From contig JAFIGT010000032.1 in the NCBI GenBank assembly GCA_017849585.1, positions 84,027 to 148,026 of the forward strand: a stretch of 64,000 nt of DNA, given 5' to 3'. Positions 19,501 through 27,556 of the stretch are shown in pieces. The notes under the pieces are model-generated. The model was not told the DNA's origin and made no database searches. It saw only the letters and a program-made list of their open reading frames with translations. Source of the DNA: Verrucomicrobium sp. (lineage in GTDB: Bacteria; Verrucomicrobiota; Verrucomicrobiia; Methylacidiphilales; UBA1321). Position 1 is the stretch's first letter. Every line of letters starts with the position of its first letter. Both the position numbers and the translations under genes were made by a program.

Positions 19501-20886
19501 GATGAAGTCGCAGTGGAATTGCCATTGCAATCGGAGGCGGAGTTATTGGATGTGTTTGGTAATCGAATTGCGATGCCGAACGACGGAAAAAAACGACTTG
19601 TCCTTAAGGATCAGTTGATACGTTACGCGCGCGGAGTTAACCTTGCCTCGCTTCAACGCGATTCCTCATTTATCGCCAGCTTCAAATCGAGTCAGAGGAC
19701 TCCCGCGACAGATCGTGGCTATGCAACGACGACCTATCTGTCTCTTCCGGAGGTGACCAGGGCCTTTGATCGCGAAGTTGCGATTGGTCAGCCCGCTGTT
19801 CTTTCGGTGAGTTTGCATAATGAAGGCAAGAATACACGATTCGTGAAATTGGGCGGGAGCGGCCCCGAGGGATTGAAAATCTCTATTAGGGAAACAGCTG
19901 TTTCGCTGAAGCCCATGGAATCGCGCCACATTCACGTGGAATTGATAGCGGATCGAAATCTCAGCATGCAGCCCTTTCGGTTAACGGGAACTCTGGAGGA
20001 TGGGAGCAAGCTTTTGCCGCTGGTATTTACCGTGAAGACGGCGCCGGCGATCGATGCGACGGGTTATACACGCTCAATTGAATTGCGGAACAATTCCAGT
20101 GATGTCTCCGAGATTGAAGTAGTGGCTACGAAGAACGGTTATCTCTTCAAGCCGGATATTCTCAAGCAACGTCTTCAGTCCTCGACATCGGTGAATGCTC
20201 CCATTGCCATTTCCTTGCAAGGCAAAGGAAATGAATTCAATCGCCCCATTCACTATGATCTGCATGTGAGATGGCCGGGTGGTGGCTATACGAAGGATGC
20301 CACGGCCATTCTTTTCAATCCGCAAAAGCTGGAAAATGAATCTTCCGGTTTCGATCAACTCTCGTACTCTGTCCTGCCTGAAGTTCGTAGCATGGAAAAA
20401 TTTCAAGCGGACTATGACCTTTTCTGGGTGCCGGAAGGCTTGCGGATTCTGGCGCGGGTCGAGGATGCGACGCCAGTCCAGGATCGGGAGAATGGCGATT
20501 TGAAAAACGGTGGTGATTGCTTGCTGGTAGCGTTCGATCGAGCCGCTACCGGAGAGAAACCCGGTGTGGGCTATCTGGAATGTGGCTTTGCGTTTGGCCG
20601 TCAATCGACGCAGTCCTACTCATGGGATGGAAATTATGGGCTGGAAACAGCGAAACCATTTACTGCGGCAATTCGACGTATCCATCGGGATGCGAAATAC
20701 ATTTATTATGACGTTGTTATCCCGGAGAAGCTTCTTTTCCCTGCAGGAACCGGCGAATCCGTAGGCATGTCGATGGCTTTCATCAATCGTGGATCGGATG
20801 GAAAATCCCAGCGAATTGAATTGGGGCGGGGTATTCTGCCGGAACGCGATCCGTCCAAGATGGGGCTGCTTCTGAGACGCAAATAA
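16534..20886 (+). CDS. very large secreted multi-domain glycoside hydrolase-like protein (clan GH-A-like core flanked by CBM-like and two CBM9-like modules)
   Basis: Signal peptide begins at MVRRFYSPFISLCTLTCFALVLSAAE (ATG 16534; the track ORF starts upstream at 16357). CBM9-like signatures WSMDALYVRF...CFEFFLMP and LRILARVED...GDCLLVAFD. Core motifs FWNFANEPNL and WDTESG. Confidence 0.7.
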   Translation: MVRRFYSPFISLCTLTCFALVLSAAETPAVRAFGTEKLANPQGWNIHNGCRLTPAASGQLASLEFPTGKWTALIGTLPLDKKMKGSFLLRLRCRWVSDIANLKSSSVGLLFLDADTKTIKEAGVSKHILAKSEWQDLKVEALIPAEAVAVRFDIASHGGGTLEIEAYELDWTGMDLSEAAIKGVVLPWLTIPGGQEKLSMESGGAQAEFCNVEPFSFDSPGWAKRPVYKLAVMSANKTPINEVAANFQLCWSMDALYVRFRAQDRFLNFKQESRYERDCFEFFLMPSGRVATGNGIIGKEQYTVSRSMNGETSANATAITRLVKEGWEAILKVPLRNESRRITPFNGLTLTFNAGYHDANTLAQEHWLSFSSKDQSNESWRNPDLYVPLVFQTDETMAYRPLWLGDVAEYNVEPQFPGRFNLVYNSAAKENFSTWMRPGDGKFEVMSEKGNPGFRIQFAEDAKQSAAYALSPFNVLPGEVIIMEMEVRSSTGTSANLPRAQFVSQSSWQIVEAKMTPSSVTELQWIPCTYTLQIPDRFRNNIRNGRILLQYKAQPGRTIEARNIRVTRRTPVDFDALIAVPGLFSHFWSGDRISLQFKWASGVAVKTKIRAEVRDYFSGATVLSQEWSKDVGVGESNLSWEISSLPNGFFNVLLKIRNADGKFLADRELYISKGTKADRISPFSGLFFDSNLSLPAPLKSTESIALLRNLGVGMVNWLNLHLVDGKGRDLPGDPLEIVRAFKQAGFITGAIVERGSYSINREWQPGDMSALYEKTFLQTKGLIDFWNFANEPNLPMGWNPSPDGREWAIFYRGFYNALKRHSPEAKPILGCFNQIPENYIRAAAGQNQNSFADGVVGLHLYGLEVNGEGFKHLLQGRSQIEQLYPGWDAWDTESGLVFHNYRSILDLQSKKMPILLNAGFSRSFFYLDTDMVFPCGDSTPLLPMESFKNSFYMDCMPVGRVTLAEGKIHLYLFQRKDGSGMAVFWNASSDEVAVELPLQSEAELLDVFGNRIAMPNDGKKRLVLKDQLIRYARGVNLASLQRDSSFIASFKSSQRTPATDRGYATTTYLSLPEVTRAFDREVAIGQPAVLSVSLHNEGKNTRFVKLGGSGPEGLKISIRETAVSLKPMESRHIHVELIADRNLSMQPFRLTGTLEDGSKLLPLVFTVKTAPAIDATGYTRSIELRNNSSDVSEIEVVATKNGYLFKPDILKQRLQSSTSVNAPIAISLQGKGNEFNRPIHYDLHVRWPGGGYTKDATAILFNPQKLENESSGFDQLSYSVLPEVRSMEKFQADYDLFWVPEGLRILARVEDATPVQDRENGDLKNGGDCLLVAFDRAATGEKPGVGYLECGFAFGRQSTQSYSWDGNYGLETAKPFTAAIRRIHRDAKYIYYDVVIPEKLLFPAGTGESVGMSMAFINRGSDGKSQRIELGRGILPERDPSKMGLLLRRK

Positions 20887-20970
20887 TCAAGAAAGTCGAT
20901 TTGAGACAAATCAAAAACCGTGAATGGCATAACCTCATTGTTTTGTAATTGGTACCCTGAAGAAGTGCGG

Positions 20971-22584
20971 ATGACTTCATTCAATTGTGCGTCCATTATG
21001 AATCGCTTGATTATTACGGGATTATTTTCGTTGGGACTTATCTCGCCTAATCTTTCGGCGAGTGAACCGTTATCGCCTGGTGCAGAAATTTTTTCTTATA
21101 CCTTCAAGAATCCCACCCTTCCGGAATGGAGTAAGGATTGTTCGGAATCGATCGGGCGTTACACCGTGACGAATGGCAGGCTAGTCGTGGAAATCCCGCC
21201 CGAAGCGTTGGGTGCGAGTGAGAAGTTGACGATCCCGCTTCCGCTGGAAAAGCTTTCACGAGGGGGCTTTGTATATGTCTCCGCCACGATTCAAGGAGAG
21301 AATATCTCCAAGATTCCACCGCTGAAACCATGGAACGGAGTTAAACTGGGAGCACGAGTGCGGCGTGCGCAAGGTCCCGACGAATATCCGCAGGCGAAGA
21401 TCACGGAGAGTAATTTCGGACCGAAACAAATCGGAACGCTGCTGACATTGCCTCCCGATGTGGTGGCGGTGGATCTGATCCTCGGGCTTGAAAATGTCTC
21501 GGGCAAGGTCTCCTTCTCCAACCTGCGTGCCCAGATTGTTGAGGATTCTTCCCTGAGCGCAAAGACGGGGCCGGTTGATTCCGCATTCAAGCCTCATTAC
21601 TTGCCGCGACTGCGCGGTGTCACAGTTCGGCCCAATCCCATTTACCCCGATCCGCTGAGTGCCGATTCACTTCGCTTTTTGGCGAAGGAGTGGAAGGTGA
21701 ATGTGATCCGCTGGCCGATTGCCGAGAATGGGGCGATTTCCTATCCGCAGGGACTCGATACGCCCAATCTGGACCAAGTACTCGAAACGGAATTGGCACG
21801 GCTGGATGCGCTGCTGCCACTCTGCCGGAAACTGGGTGTCTCGGTCGTACTGAATCTTCAAACCTTGTCCTACGGATTATTTTCCAGTGTGGAGAATCAG
21901 GATCGACTGGCCGCTATGTGGGAGAAAATCGCGGCCCGTTATAAAAATGAACCGGCCGTCTGGGCCTATGATATTGCCAATGAACCCAAGCAGGATAATT
22001 GGCAGCCAGGAGTGCGACTGTGGAATGATCTGGCCTCTCGAATCTGTCGCGCCATTCGCAAGGTGGATCCTGAAAAGCCTCTCATTGTGGAGTGCATCCT
22101 TTTGGGACAACCAGAAGGCATGGCCTATTTACGACCCGTGCCGGTGCCTCGGGTGATTTATAGCGCGCACATGTATCATCCCTTGGTCTATACGCATCAG
22201 CGGGCAGGTTCAGAAAAAGGGGCAATTTTTACCTATCCCGGAACAGTGGAAGGTCGATACTGGGATAAGGCCCAACTGGAACAGGCGTTGGCGCCGGTGA
22301 TTGAATTTCAGAAGAAATATAATGTGCCGATTTTTATAGGTGAGTTCAGCGCGATTCGCTGGGCGCCCGGAGCCGAGCGTTATCTTTCGGATTGTATCGA
22401 GATTTTCGAAAAATACGGATGGGACTGGTGCTACCATGGATTCCGCTCCTGGCAGGGCTGGAGTGTGGAGTACGGAACTGGTTGGAATGATTCTGCTCCA
22501 GCTGCGACTTTGACCGATCGGGAGAAGGTATTGCGTTCCTGGTTTGCCAAGAATTACAAGCCGGAATGGGCGGAACAGAAATAA
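20971..22584 (+). CDS. glycoside hydrolase family 5 (cellulase/mannanase-type)
   Basis: WAYDIANEP (acid/base) and IFIGEFSAIRW (nucleophile) motifs. Signal peptide follows the ATG at 20971. Confidence 0.85.
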   Translation: MTSFNCASIMNRLIITGLFSLGLISPNLSASEPLSPGAEIFSYTFKNPTLPEWSKDCSESIGRYTVTNGRLVVEIPPEALGASEKLTIPLPLEKLSRGGFVYVSATIQGENISKIPPLKPWNGVKLGARVRRAQGPDEYPQAKITESNFGPKQIGTLLTLPPDVVAVDLILGLENVSGKVSFSNLRAQIVEDSSLSAKTGPVDSAFKPHYLPRLRGVTVRPNPIYPDPLSADSLRFLAKEWKVNVIRWPIAENGAISYPQGLDTPNLDQVLETELARLDALLPLCRKLGVSVVLNLQTLSYGLFSSVENQDRLAAMWEKIAARYKNEPAVWAYDIANEPKQDNWQPGVRLWNDLASRICRAIRKVDPEKPLIVECILLGQPEGMAYLRPVPVPRVIYSAHMYHPLVYTHQRAGSEKGAIFTYPGTVEGRYWDKAQLEQALAPVIEFQKKYNVPIFIGEFSAIRWAPGAERYLSDCIEIFEKYGWDWCYHGFRSWQGWSVEYGTGWNDSAPAATLTDREKVLRSWFAKNYKPEWAEQK

Positions 22585-22592
22585 AGCGTCGA

Positions 22593-23321
22593 ATGCACTC
22601 ATTCCTCCAGAAATCAGTCGCGGGCAGGCAACGGGATCCTCTCTTCCTGTCGCGGGGCTTTACGTTGGTCGAGATGTTTGTCGTGCTGTCGATTGTGGCG
22701 GTGATGGCGAGCTTGCTGCTGATGGGGTTCGGTCGGGCCATGCAACTCTCCAAGAGTGCGAAAAGCACTGCCAATTTGCGCGCCATTGCGACCTCCATCA
22801 ATCTCTACGTCGGAGACAATCAAGGGCGCTATCCCTATCTTTGCGATAACACTACTGGCGGTGATTATGCCGGTACGAGTTATCAGGGGAATTATTGGTC
22901 CGATCTGATTCGACCCTACCTGCCGCCGAATCAATCCTACGTCAATTACTCGGGCCAGAAGTTCAATCAGTGTCCCACACTGATTGATCCCTTCTTGAAA
23001 AACGGACAACACCATACTATTTGCGATTATGGTGGCAGTACGGAAGTCTTCCGCTTTCCCTGGTTGAATGCGGCTATGCGCGCCGCCACGGTGTCACGTC
23101 CCAGTCAGGTTGTGATGGTGGTGACTGCGGGAACAAATTTGCGCGCAACGTGGTATCTGGATGTTTCGAGTTACGTCAATAGCTACGCCAACAAAACCAA
23201 CGATGTGAATGATCGTGGCACGGGGGAAATTCTCTGCGTCTTTATCGACGGTCATACGGAGGCAATTCCTACGGCGGAGTTTGTGGAGAACCGCCGGACA
23301 CTTTTGTTGATGAATCCCTGA
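22593..23321 (+). CDS. prepilin-type N-terminal cleavage/methylation domain protein (DUF1559/H-X9-DG-related, H not conserved)
   Basis: SRGFTLVEMFVVLSIVAVMASLLLMGF prepilin motif and a C-terminal ...ILCVFIDGHTEAIP. It sits 8 nt after GH5 and 8 nt before the SGNH gene. Confidence 0.8.
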   Translation: MHSFLQKSVAGRQRDPLFLSRGFTLVEMFVVLSIVAVMASLLLMGFGRAMQLSKSAKSTANLRAIATSINLYVGDNQGRYPYLCDNTTGGDYAGTSYQGNYWSDLIRPYLPPNQSYVNYSGQKFNQCPTLIDPFLKNGQHHTICDYGGSTEVFRFPWLNAAMRAATVSRPSQVVMVVTAGTNLRATWYLDVSSYVNSYANKTNDVNDRGTGEILCVFIDGHTEAIPTAEFVENRRTLLLMNP

Positions 23322-23329
23322 AAAAGAGA

Positions 23330-24079
23330 ATGCCTACCATGCTCCGTCCTGTCCGTAGCCTGCCTCTGGCCCTTGCCCTTTCGATCGGATGGGGGAGCAC
23401 CCTTCACGCGGAGACGGTCAACTGGCCGCTCGAGACACCACCGGCCGGAGTTAATCCAGCGGCTTATCCTGTGCCACGGAATGATTGGATGGTGCGATTC
23501 ACGGATAATCTCAAGCAGGCTCAGGGCGGAAATATCGATCTCCTGTTTCAGGGCGACTCCATTACGCACGGATGGAAAAGTTTGGGAGCGGCCGTCTGGA
23601 AGGAGCGCTATGAAAATCGCAACGTGGCTTCGTTTGGTATCAGTAGCGATCGCACACAAAACGTCTTGTGGCGGATGCAGCATGGCGAATTGGACGGAAT
23701 CTCTCCGAAGCTATTGGTGCTCATGATCGGCACGAATAATCTAGGTGACTCCGCGCCGCAGATTGCCGAAGGCATTACTGCGATCGTTCGTGAAGTTCAG
23801 AAGCGCTGTCCCCGGACGCATATCTTGCTGTTGGGAATTTTTCCGCGAGGTGCCAGTCCCACCGATGGACAGCGCGTGAAAATCGCGGAAATCAACAAAC
23901 TCATCGAACCGCTCGGTCGCGAACCAAGTGTGACCTATCTCGATATTGGAGAAAAGTTTTTGGCTCCGGATGGCACGTTGTCCAAGGAGATCATGCCCGA
24001 TTTGCTTCACCCTTCGCTGGCTGGTTATCGTATCTGGGCCGATGCGATCCAGCCCGTTGTGGACCAGTATTGTCGATAG
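23330..24079 (+). CDS. SGNH/GDSL hydrolase (esterase)
   Basis: Signal peptide. Block I FQGDSITHGW, block III MIGTNN, block V DLLHPSLAGYRIWA. Confidence 0.85.
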   Translation: MPTMLRPVRSLPLALALSIGWGSTLHAETVNWPLETPPAGVNPAAYPVPRNDWMVRFTDNLKQAQGGNIDLLFQGDSITHGWKSLGAAVWKERYENRNVASFGISSDRTQNVLWRMQHGELDGISPKLLVLMIGTNNLGDSAPQIAEGITAIVREVQKRCPRTHILLLGIFPRGASPTDGQRVKIAEINKLIEPLGREPSVTYLDIGEKFLAPDGTLSKEIMPDLLHPSLAGYRIWADAIQPVVDQYCR

Positions 24080-24090
24080 ATCGCCACCGC

Positions 24091-26472
24091 TTACTTGCTC
24101 GTGAGGGGTTTCAACGTGCCGTATTGCGCCGGGTCTTTGCTCCGGGAAATTCCCGCGGCCCACTCCAGACATTCCGCGCGTCCCTTGCCGTCGTTGTTAT
24201 TGATCACCAAGGCAGCGTGCAGCGGTTTTCCGGCGTCGTAAATGAGCGGGTAAAGTTCTGACCATGGAATACGGATTTGATAGCGGGTGATCTCGCCGTC
24301 GCGCACGATATGGGTTTCCACAAATTTGGCCGCGCTGCCGGAGGGCGACCACATCGCGGGAATATTACCATGAGGTTCGGCGGCGAGAATTTTCCACGCG
24401 ACCGGTCCCTGTTCGGTCAGCGCGAAGACAAATTCAGTATTGCCGCCCGCCAGACCGGAGTTTTCGCAATCCAGCGCGATCTGCACGCTGTCGCCACTCC
24501 ACCATGCGGATGATTCTTTTTGGACGTGCACGGGGTCGATGACTTCCACCACGACATCCAGACCTTGAGGTGTGCTGGCCAGAGCCGCTTTGGCGGCGAG
24601 TGATGGATTGGGATGTTCGTTTGTTAGGGAGAGCCGATGCCAGTCCTTCGTAATCCACTGGGCGCTGGGTACTAGGGCTGGGGTCTTGACCGTATCGAAG
24701 AGCTTCAGGCTGGACAGGGTGCCGGTGGGTGCAGGGCGCGATTGACGCTCGGCCTGACGTGGCGAGATGAGTTTGTCGGCGGGCGACGCGGCATCCAGTT
24801 TGGCGAGGTTGGGTTGGGAGAGATAATAGAGTTTTCCCGGCTCGAGTTTTTCGGTGGCATCGAGGCTGCGCGCCCGCCCCTCCCAGTCTGTCAGGCGCGA
24901 CTGAGGTGTGGCGAACTCTTTGACGAGATCAGCCGCGAGAGGTTCTTTCTCGCTCCAGAAAGCGAGGAGTGAACCTTGAGCGGTGGTCAACTCCACCGCG
25001 ATGGAATGGGGCGATAAGGCGATCTCTTTTTTGAACGCGGCCTGCCGTCCCGAGGTAATCAGGAAATTGGAGAGAATTACGGCGGGAAGACGCGGTTCGG
25101 TCTGTGGCCGTTTACGAAAAAGACCGGAGCTGTGAACGAACCATTTATTCTGGATGCAGAAATCGAGCGTCTCCCGTTCGACGAGATTTTTGATTTCAAA
25201 AAGAATAGTGCGCGTCATGCCTTGCTTCAACTGATGCATCAGGTCACGCATCATGCGAAAGGAGAGTGCTTCTTCGCTGAGGACGGGACCGCTTTGCAGG
25301 TTGCCCTGCAAGACAGCATGCCATTCGGAATTGAATGCGGGTTTGGGACCGGCCTTCCAGCGCTTCTCAATGTCGCGGAATTTTTCCTGTGGGCTATTCC
25401 AGGAGCCGTGCAGGGAGAGTCCATCGAAATAGCTCGCGCCGCCCAGAGATAAAATCCGGTCATAGAACGTATGGTAAAAGGAATTGGCTCCCAAGCCGCC
25501 GATCCACACTTCGCTGTTTGGCTGATTTTTCTTTATGGTCTCGTAGCCCGACTTGAGCATCTGGAAATAATTTTCCGGGGTATCGAGCCAGAAACAACTG
25601 CCTCCCGGCATGGCCGGTTCGTTGCCAATCTCCCACAGTCGAATGCGGTCGTTGTAGCGGTGGAGGAGCGCGTCGAGAAAGCGGGTCCAGTCTTGCATGT
25701 CGACTGGTGCGTATGCGGTGGCGGCATCCACGCAGATATTAATCGTGCCTGCTTTTTCCGGATGGGGTGAGGCCCAGTAGGGCGTGCCATAAATCTGGGC
25801 ATAAATCTGAAAGCCGGCGGCGGTATACATATCCACCAGACGATCGAATCCCACCCAGTTATATATTCCTTTCGTGCTCTCGATCACTTCATCCTTCACC
25901 ATCCCGCAACCGTCGGGTCCCCAATGGGCGGTCAGGCGCACGAGGTTAAAACCGACCAATTGCGCGAGCATCAAATCCTCGGGGTTGCTGGAGTAGGTGG
26001 CGAAACCGAATTGGTGGGCCGCTGCGGATGGAAATTCGTTATTGGGCAAGACGGCGATGCCGCGCCGTGAGTGGTGAAACTCCTTCGTCGCTCCGTTGGG
26101 CGCGCGAAACCAGAAGGAACGCTGGAGGGGTTGCTTTTTCCCTTCTTTATTCTCCGCGAAGAATTCCACTTCGTAGTAACCGGTTTCCGAAGGGGTCCAG
26201 GACCAGCCCACGTTCCATTGATCTCGCGGGAGGGAGATGACGGCGATTTCCTTGCCGCTGCTGTTTGTGACGACGCCCTTGATCGAATCGGTCCCCGAAT
26301 CCGGCGGGTTTCCGGTCATCCGGTAGCGAACGGTCTCGCCGAATTTCCACCAACTGATGGGGCGATCCGGTTCCATGGAAGTGTCGGCGCAGAACCCCCG
26401 ATTCAGCACGAAGCCGATGACGAGCCAAAGCCAGACTCGTTGCAGTCTCAAATTGCAGAAGACGAAAGCCAT
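24091..26472 (-). CDS. secreted glycoside hydrolase-like protein (clan GH-A-like) with C-terminal CBM9-like module
   Basis: Signal peptide. Motifs LWEIGNEPAMPG and FNSEWH. The C-terminal GLDVVVEVIDP...GDSVQIALD pattern is CBM9-like. Confidence 0.7.
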   Translation of the reverse strand: MAFVFCNLRLQRVWLWLVIGFVLNRGFCADTSMEPDRPISWWKFGETVRYRMTGNPPDSGTDSIKGVVTNSSGKEIAVISLPRDQWNVGWSWTPSETGYYEVEFFAENKEGKKQPLQRSFWFRAPNGATKEFHHSRRGIAVLPNNEFPSAAAHQFGFATYSSNPEDLMLAQLVGFNLVRLTAHWGPDGCGMVKDEVIESTKGIYNWVGFDRLVDMYTAAGFQIYAQIYGTPYWASPHPEKAGTINICVDAATAYAPVDMQDWTRFLDALLHRYNDRIRLWEIGNEPAMPGGSCFWLDTPENYFQMLKSGYETIKKNQPNSEVWIGGLGANSFYHTFYDRILSLGGASYFDGLSLHGSWNSPQEKFRDIEKRWKAGPKPAFNSEWHAVLQGNLQSGPVLSEEALSFRMMRDLMHQLKQGMTRTILFEIKNLVERETLDFCIQNKWFVHSSGLFRKRPQTEPRLPAVILSNFLITSGRQAAFKKEIALSPHSIAVELTTAQGSLLAFWSEKEPLAADLVKEFATPQSRLTDWEGRARSLDATEKLEPGKLYYLSQPNLAKLDAASPADKLISPRQAERQSRPAPTGTLSSLKLFDTVKTPALVPSAQWITKDWHRLSLTNEHPNPSLAAKAALASTPQGLDVVVEVIDPVHVQKESSAWWSGDSVQIALDCENSGLAGGNTEFVFALTEQGPVAWKILAAEPHGNIPAMWSPSGSAAKFVETHIVRDGEITRYQIRIPWSELYPLIYDAGKPLHAALVINNNDGKGRAECLEWAAGISRSKDPAQYGTLKPLTSK

Positions 26473-26503
26473 GCGATCACTTTAACAAAAGCTCCAATGA
26501 GTG

Positions 26504-26597
26504 GTTAGGCTTCGGGATGATTTTGGCTAGGCTGATTTCGATCCGCGGGAATTGCGTCGAATTCGGGTAAATGAAAAGCGCAATAGAGCCTAACGGC
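26504..26597. promoter_or_regulatory. divergent control region with AGCCTAAC boxes in both orientations around a central GAATTCG
   Basis: gttaggct at 26504-26511 and gctaggctgatt at 26526-26537 (minus orientation, towards the GH gene). gaattcg at 26559-26565 and agcctaac at 26587-26594 (plus orientation, towards 26640). Confidence 0.45.
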
Positions 26598-26639
26598 GGA
26601 ATCGCGCTTGGGGTAAGTTGGAAGCTGCGGATTCCTCCT

Positions 26640-27350
26640 ATGAAAAAGAATTCTGTTTTCTGTTGGTCGGTTAAGATGATTTTTCTCTGGGCTCTTTTGA
26701 GCGCTCCGGCTCTCCATGCCGAGTCAGTTATCTATCAGGAGACGTTTGGCAATAGCGGTTCCGCCAACTATACGGTCGATAACAAAGCCCATGTGCTCAC
26801 CGATTGGCAGGTGGTTTGGGGACGCGCAGGCACCAAGGGAAATTCCACGCGAGCGATTATTTCCAATGGAGGTTCCAAGCCGGATACGGCGGTGAATATT
26901 GGCACCTCCCATGCCTCCACGAGCGAAAGCAATGGGCTGGTTTATACGGATGCTCCCACTCATTCTTATTTCTTTTTTACGTCGGCCGAAACGGGTGGTG
27001 CAATCGATCTGGACTTGTCGCAGGGATTGACCTTTGGCTGGTACCAAAGGAATAACAGGCCCGATGATGGTTTTCGCGTGGCGGTGCAGATCGATGGTGT
27101 CTGGTATGTGACAAAGGCACTCTTCTCCTCACCTGCCAATGTCTGGTCGCATCAGAGTTTCACCTTTACTCCTTCCGCGGCGAGTTGGTGTCTTCTCGAT
27201 TTTGTGTCCGGCCGTTCACTGGTTCCGGGGGGAATCCCCACGACGGATCTTCCGGCGGGCCGGATGACGGGATTCGGTCTTTTCACGGAAGCGATCACGG
27301 GGGAGACGCGGCGATTCGATACGTTTAGTGTCAGTGTGAGCGGGCGATAA
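26640..27350 (+). CDS. secreted protein, family X paralog 1 (no PEP-CTERM anchor)
   Basis: Signal peptide MKKNSVFCWSVKMIFLWALLSAPALHA. Shares VIY.ETFGNSG, TDWQV, NG(L/V).YTD, YFFFT, (F/S)WYQRNN..DGFRVAVQ(I/V)DG.WYVT and ITGFGL with the ORFs at 30630 and 32466. It ends FSVSVSGR*. Confidence 0.7.
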   Translation: MKKNSVFCWSVKMIFLWALLSAPALHAESVIYQETFGNSGSANYTVDNKAHVLTDWQVVWGRAGTKGNSTRAIISNGGSKPDTAVNIGTSHASTSESNGLVYTDAPTHSYFFFTSAETGGAIDLDLSQGLTFGWYQRNNRPDDGFRVAVQIDGVWYVTKALFSSPANVWSHQSFTFTPSAASWCLLDFVSGRSLVPGGIPTTDLPAGRMTGFGLFTEAITGETRRFDTFSVSVSGR

Positions 27351-27430
27351 AATAAATAGCGTCGACAATGCGCTACAATCATCAACCGTCTCTGTTGGGT
27401 GTCGCGGTGGGTGTTGGCTGGTGTGGCGAC

Positions 27431-27556
27431 GAATTTGAAATTTGAGATCGGAGATTTCGCAAGGGTGCAGTTGGGGCATGACTCCAGTTTTACCACGGAA
27501 TGCGAGACGAGCGTTTGCGTTAGGTGAGCTAGGTTTGCTGCGTGTGCGATATTTTT
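27431..27556. repeat. intergenic repeat element, copy A (about 125 bp)
   Basis: Carries gaatttgaaatttgagatcggagatttc...gagcgtttgcgttaggtgagctaggtttgctgcgtgtgcgatattttt. It matches 55536-55645 along its length, and 53016-53050 over the first part. It overlaps the stop codon of the 27555 gene. Confidence 0.7.
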
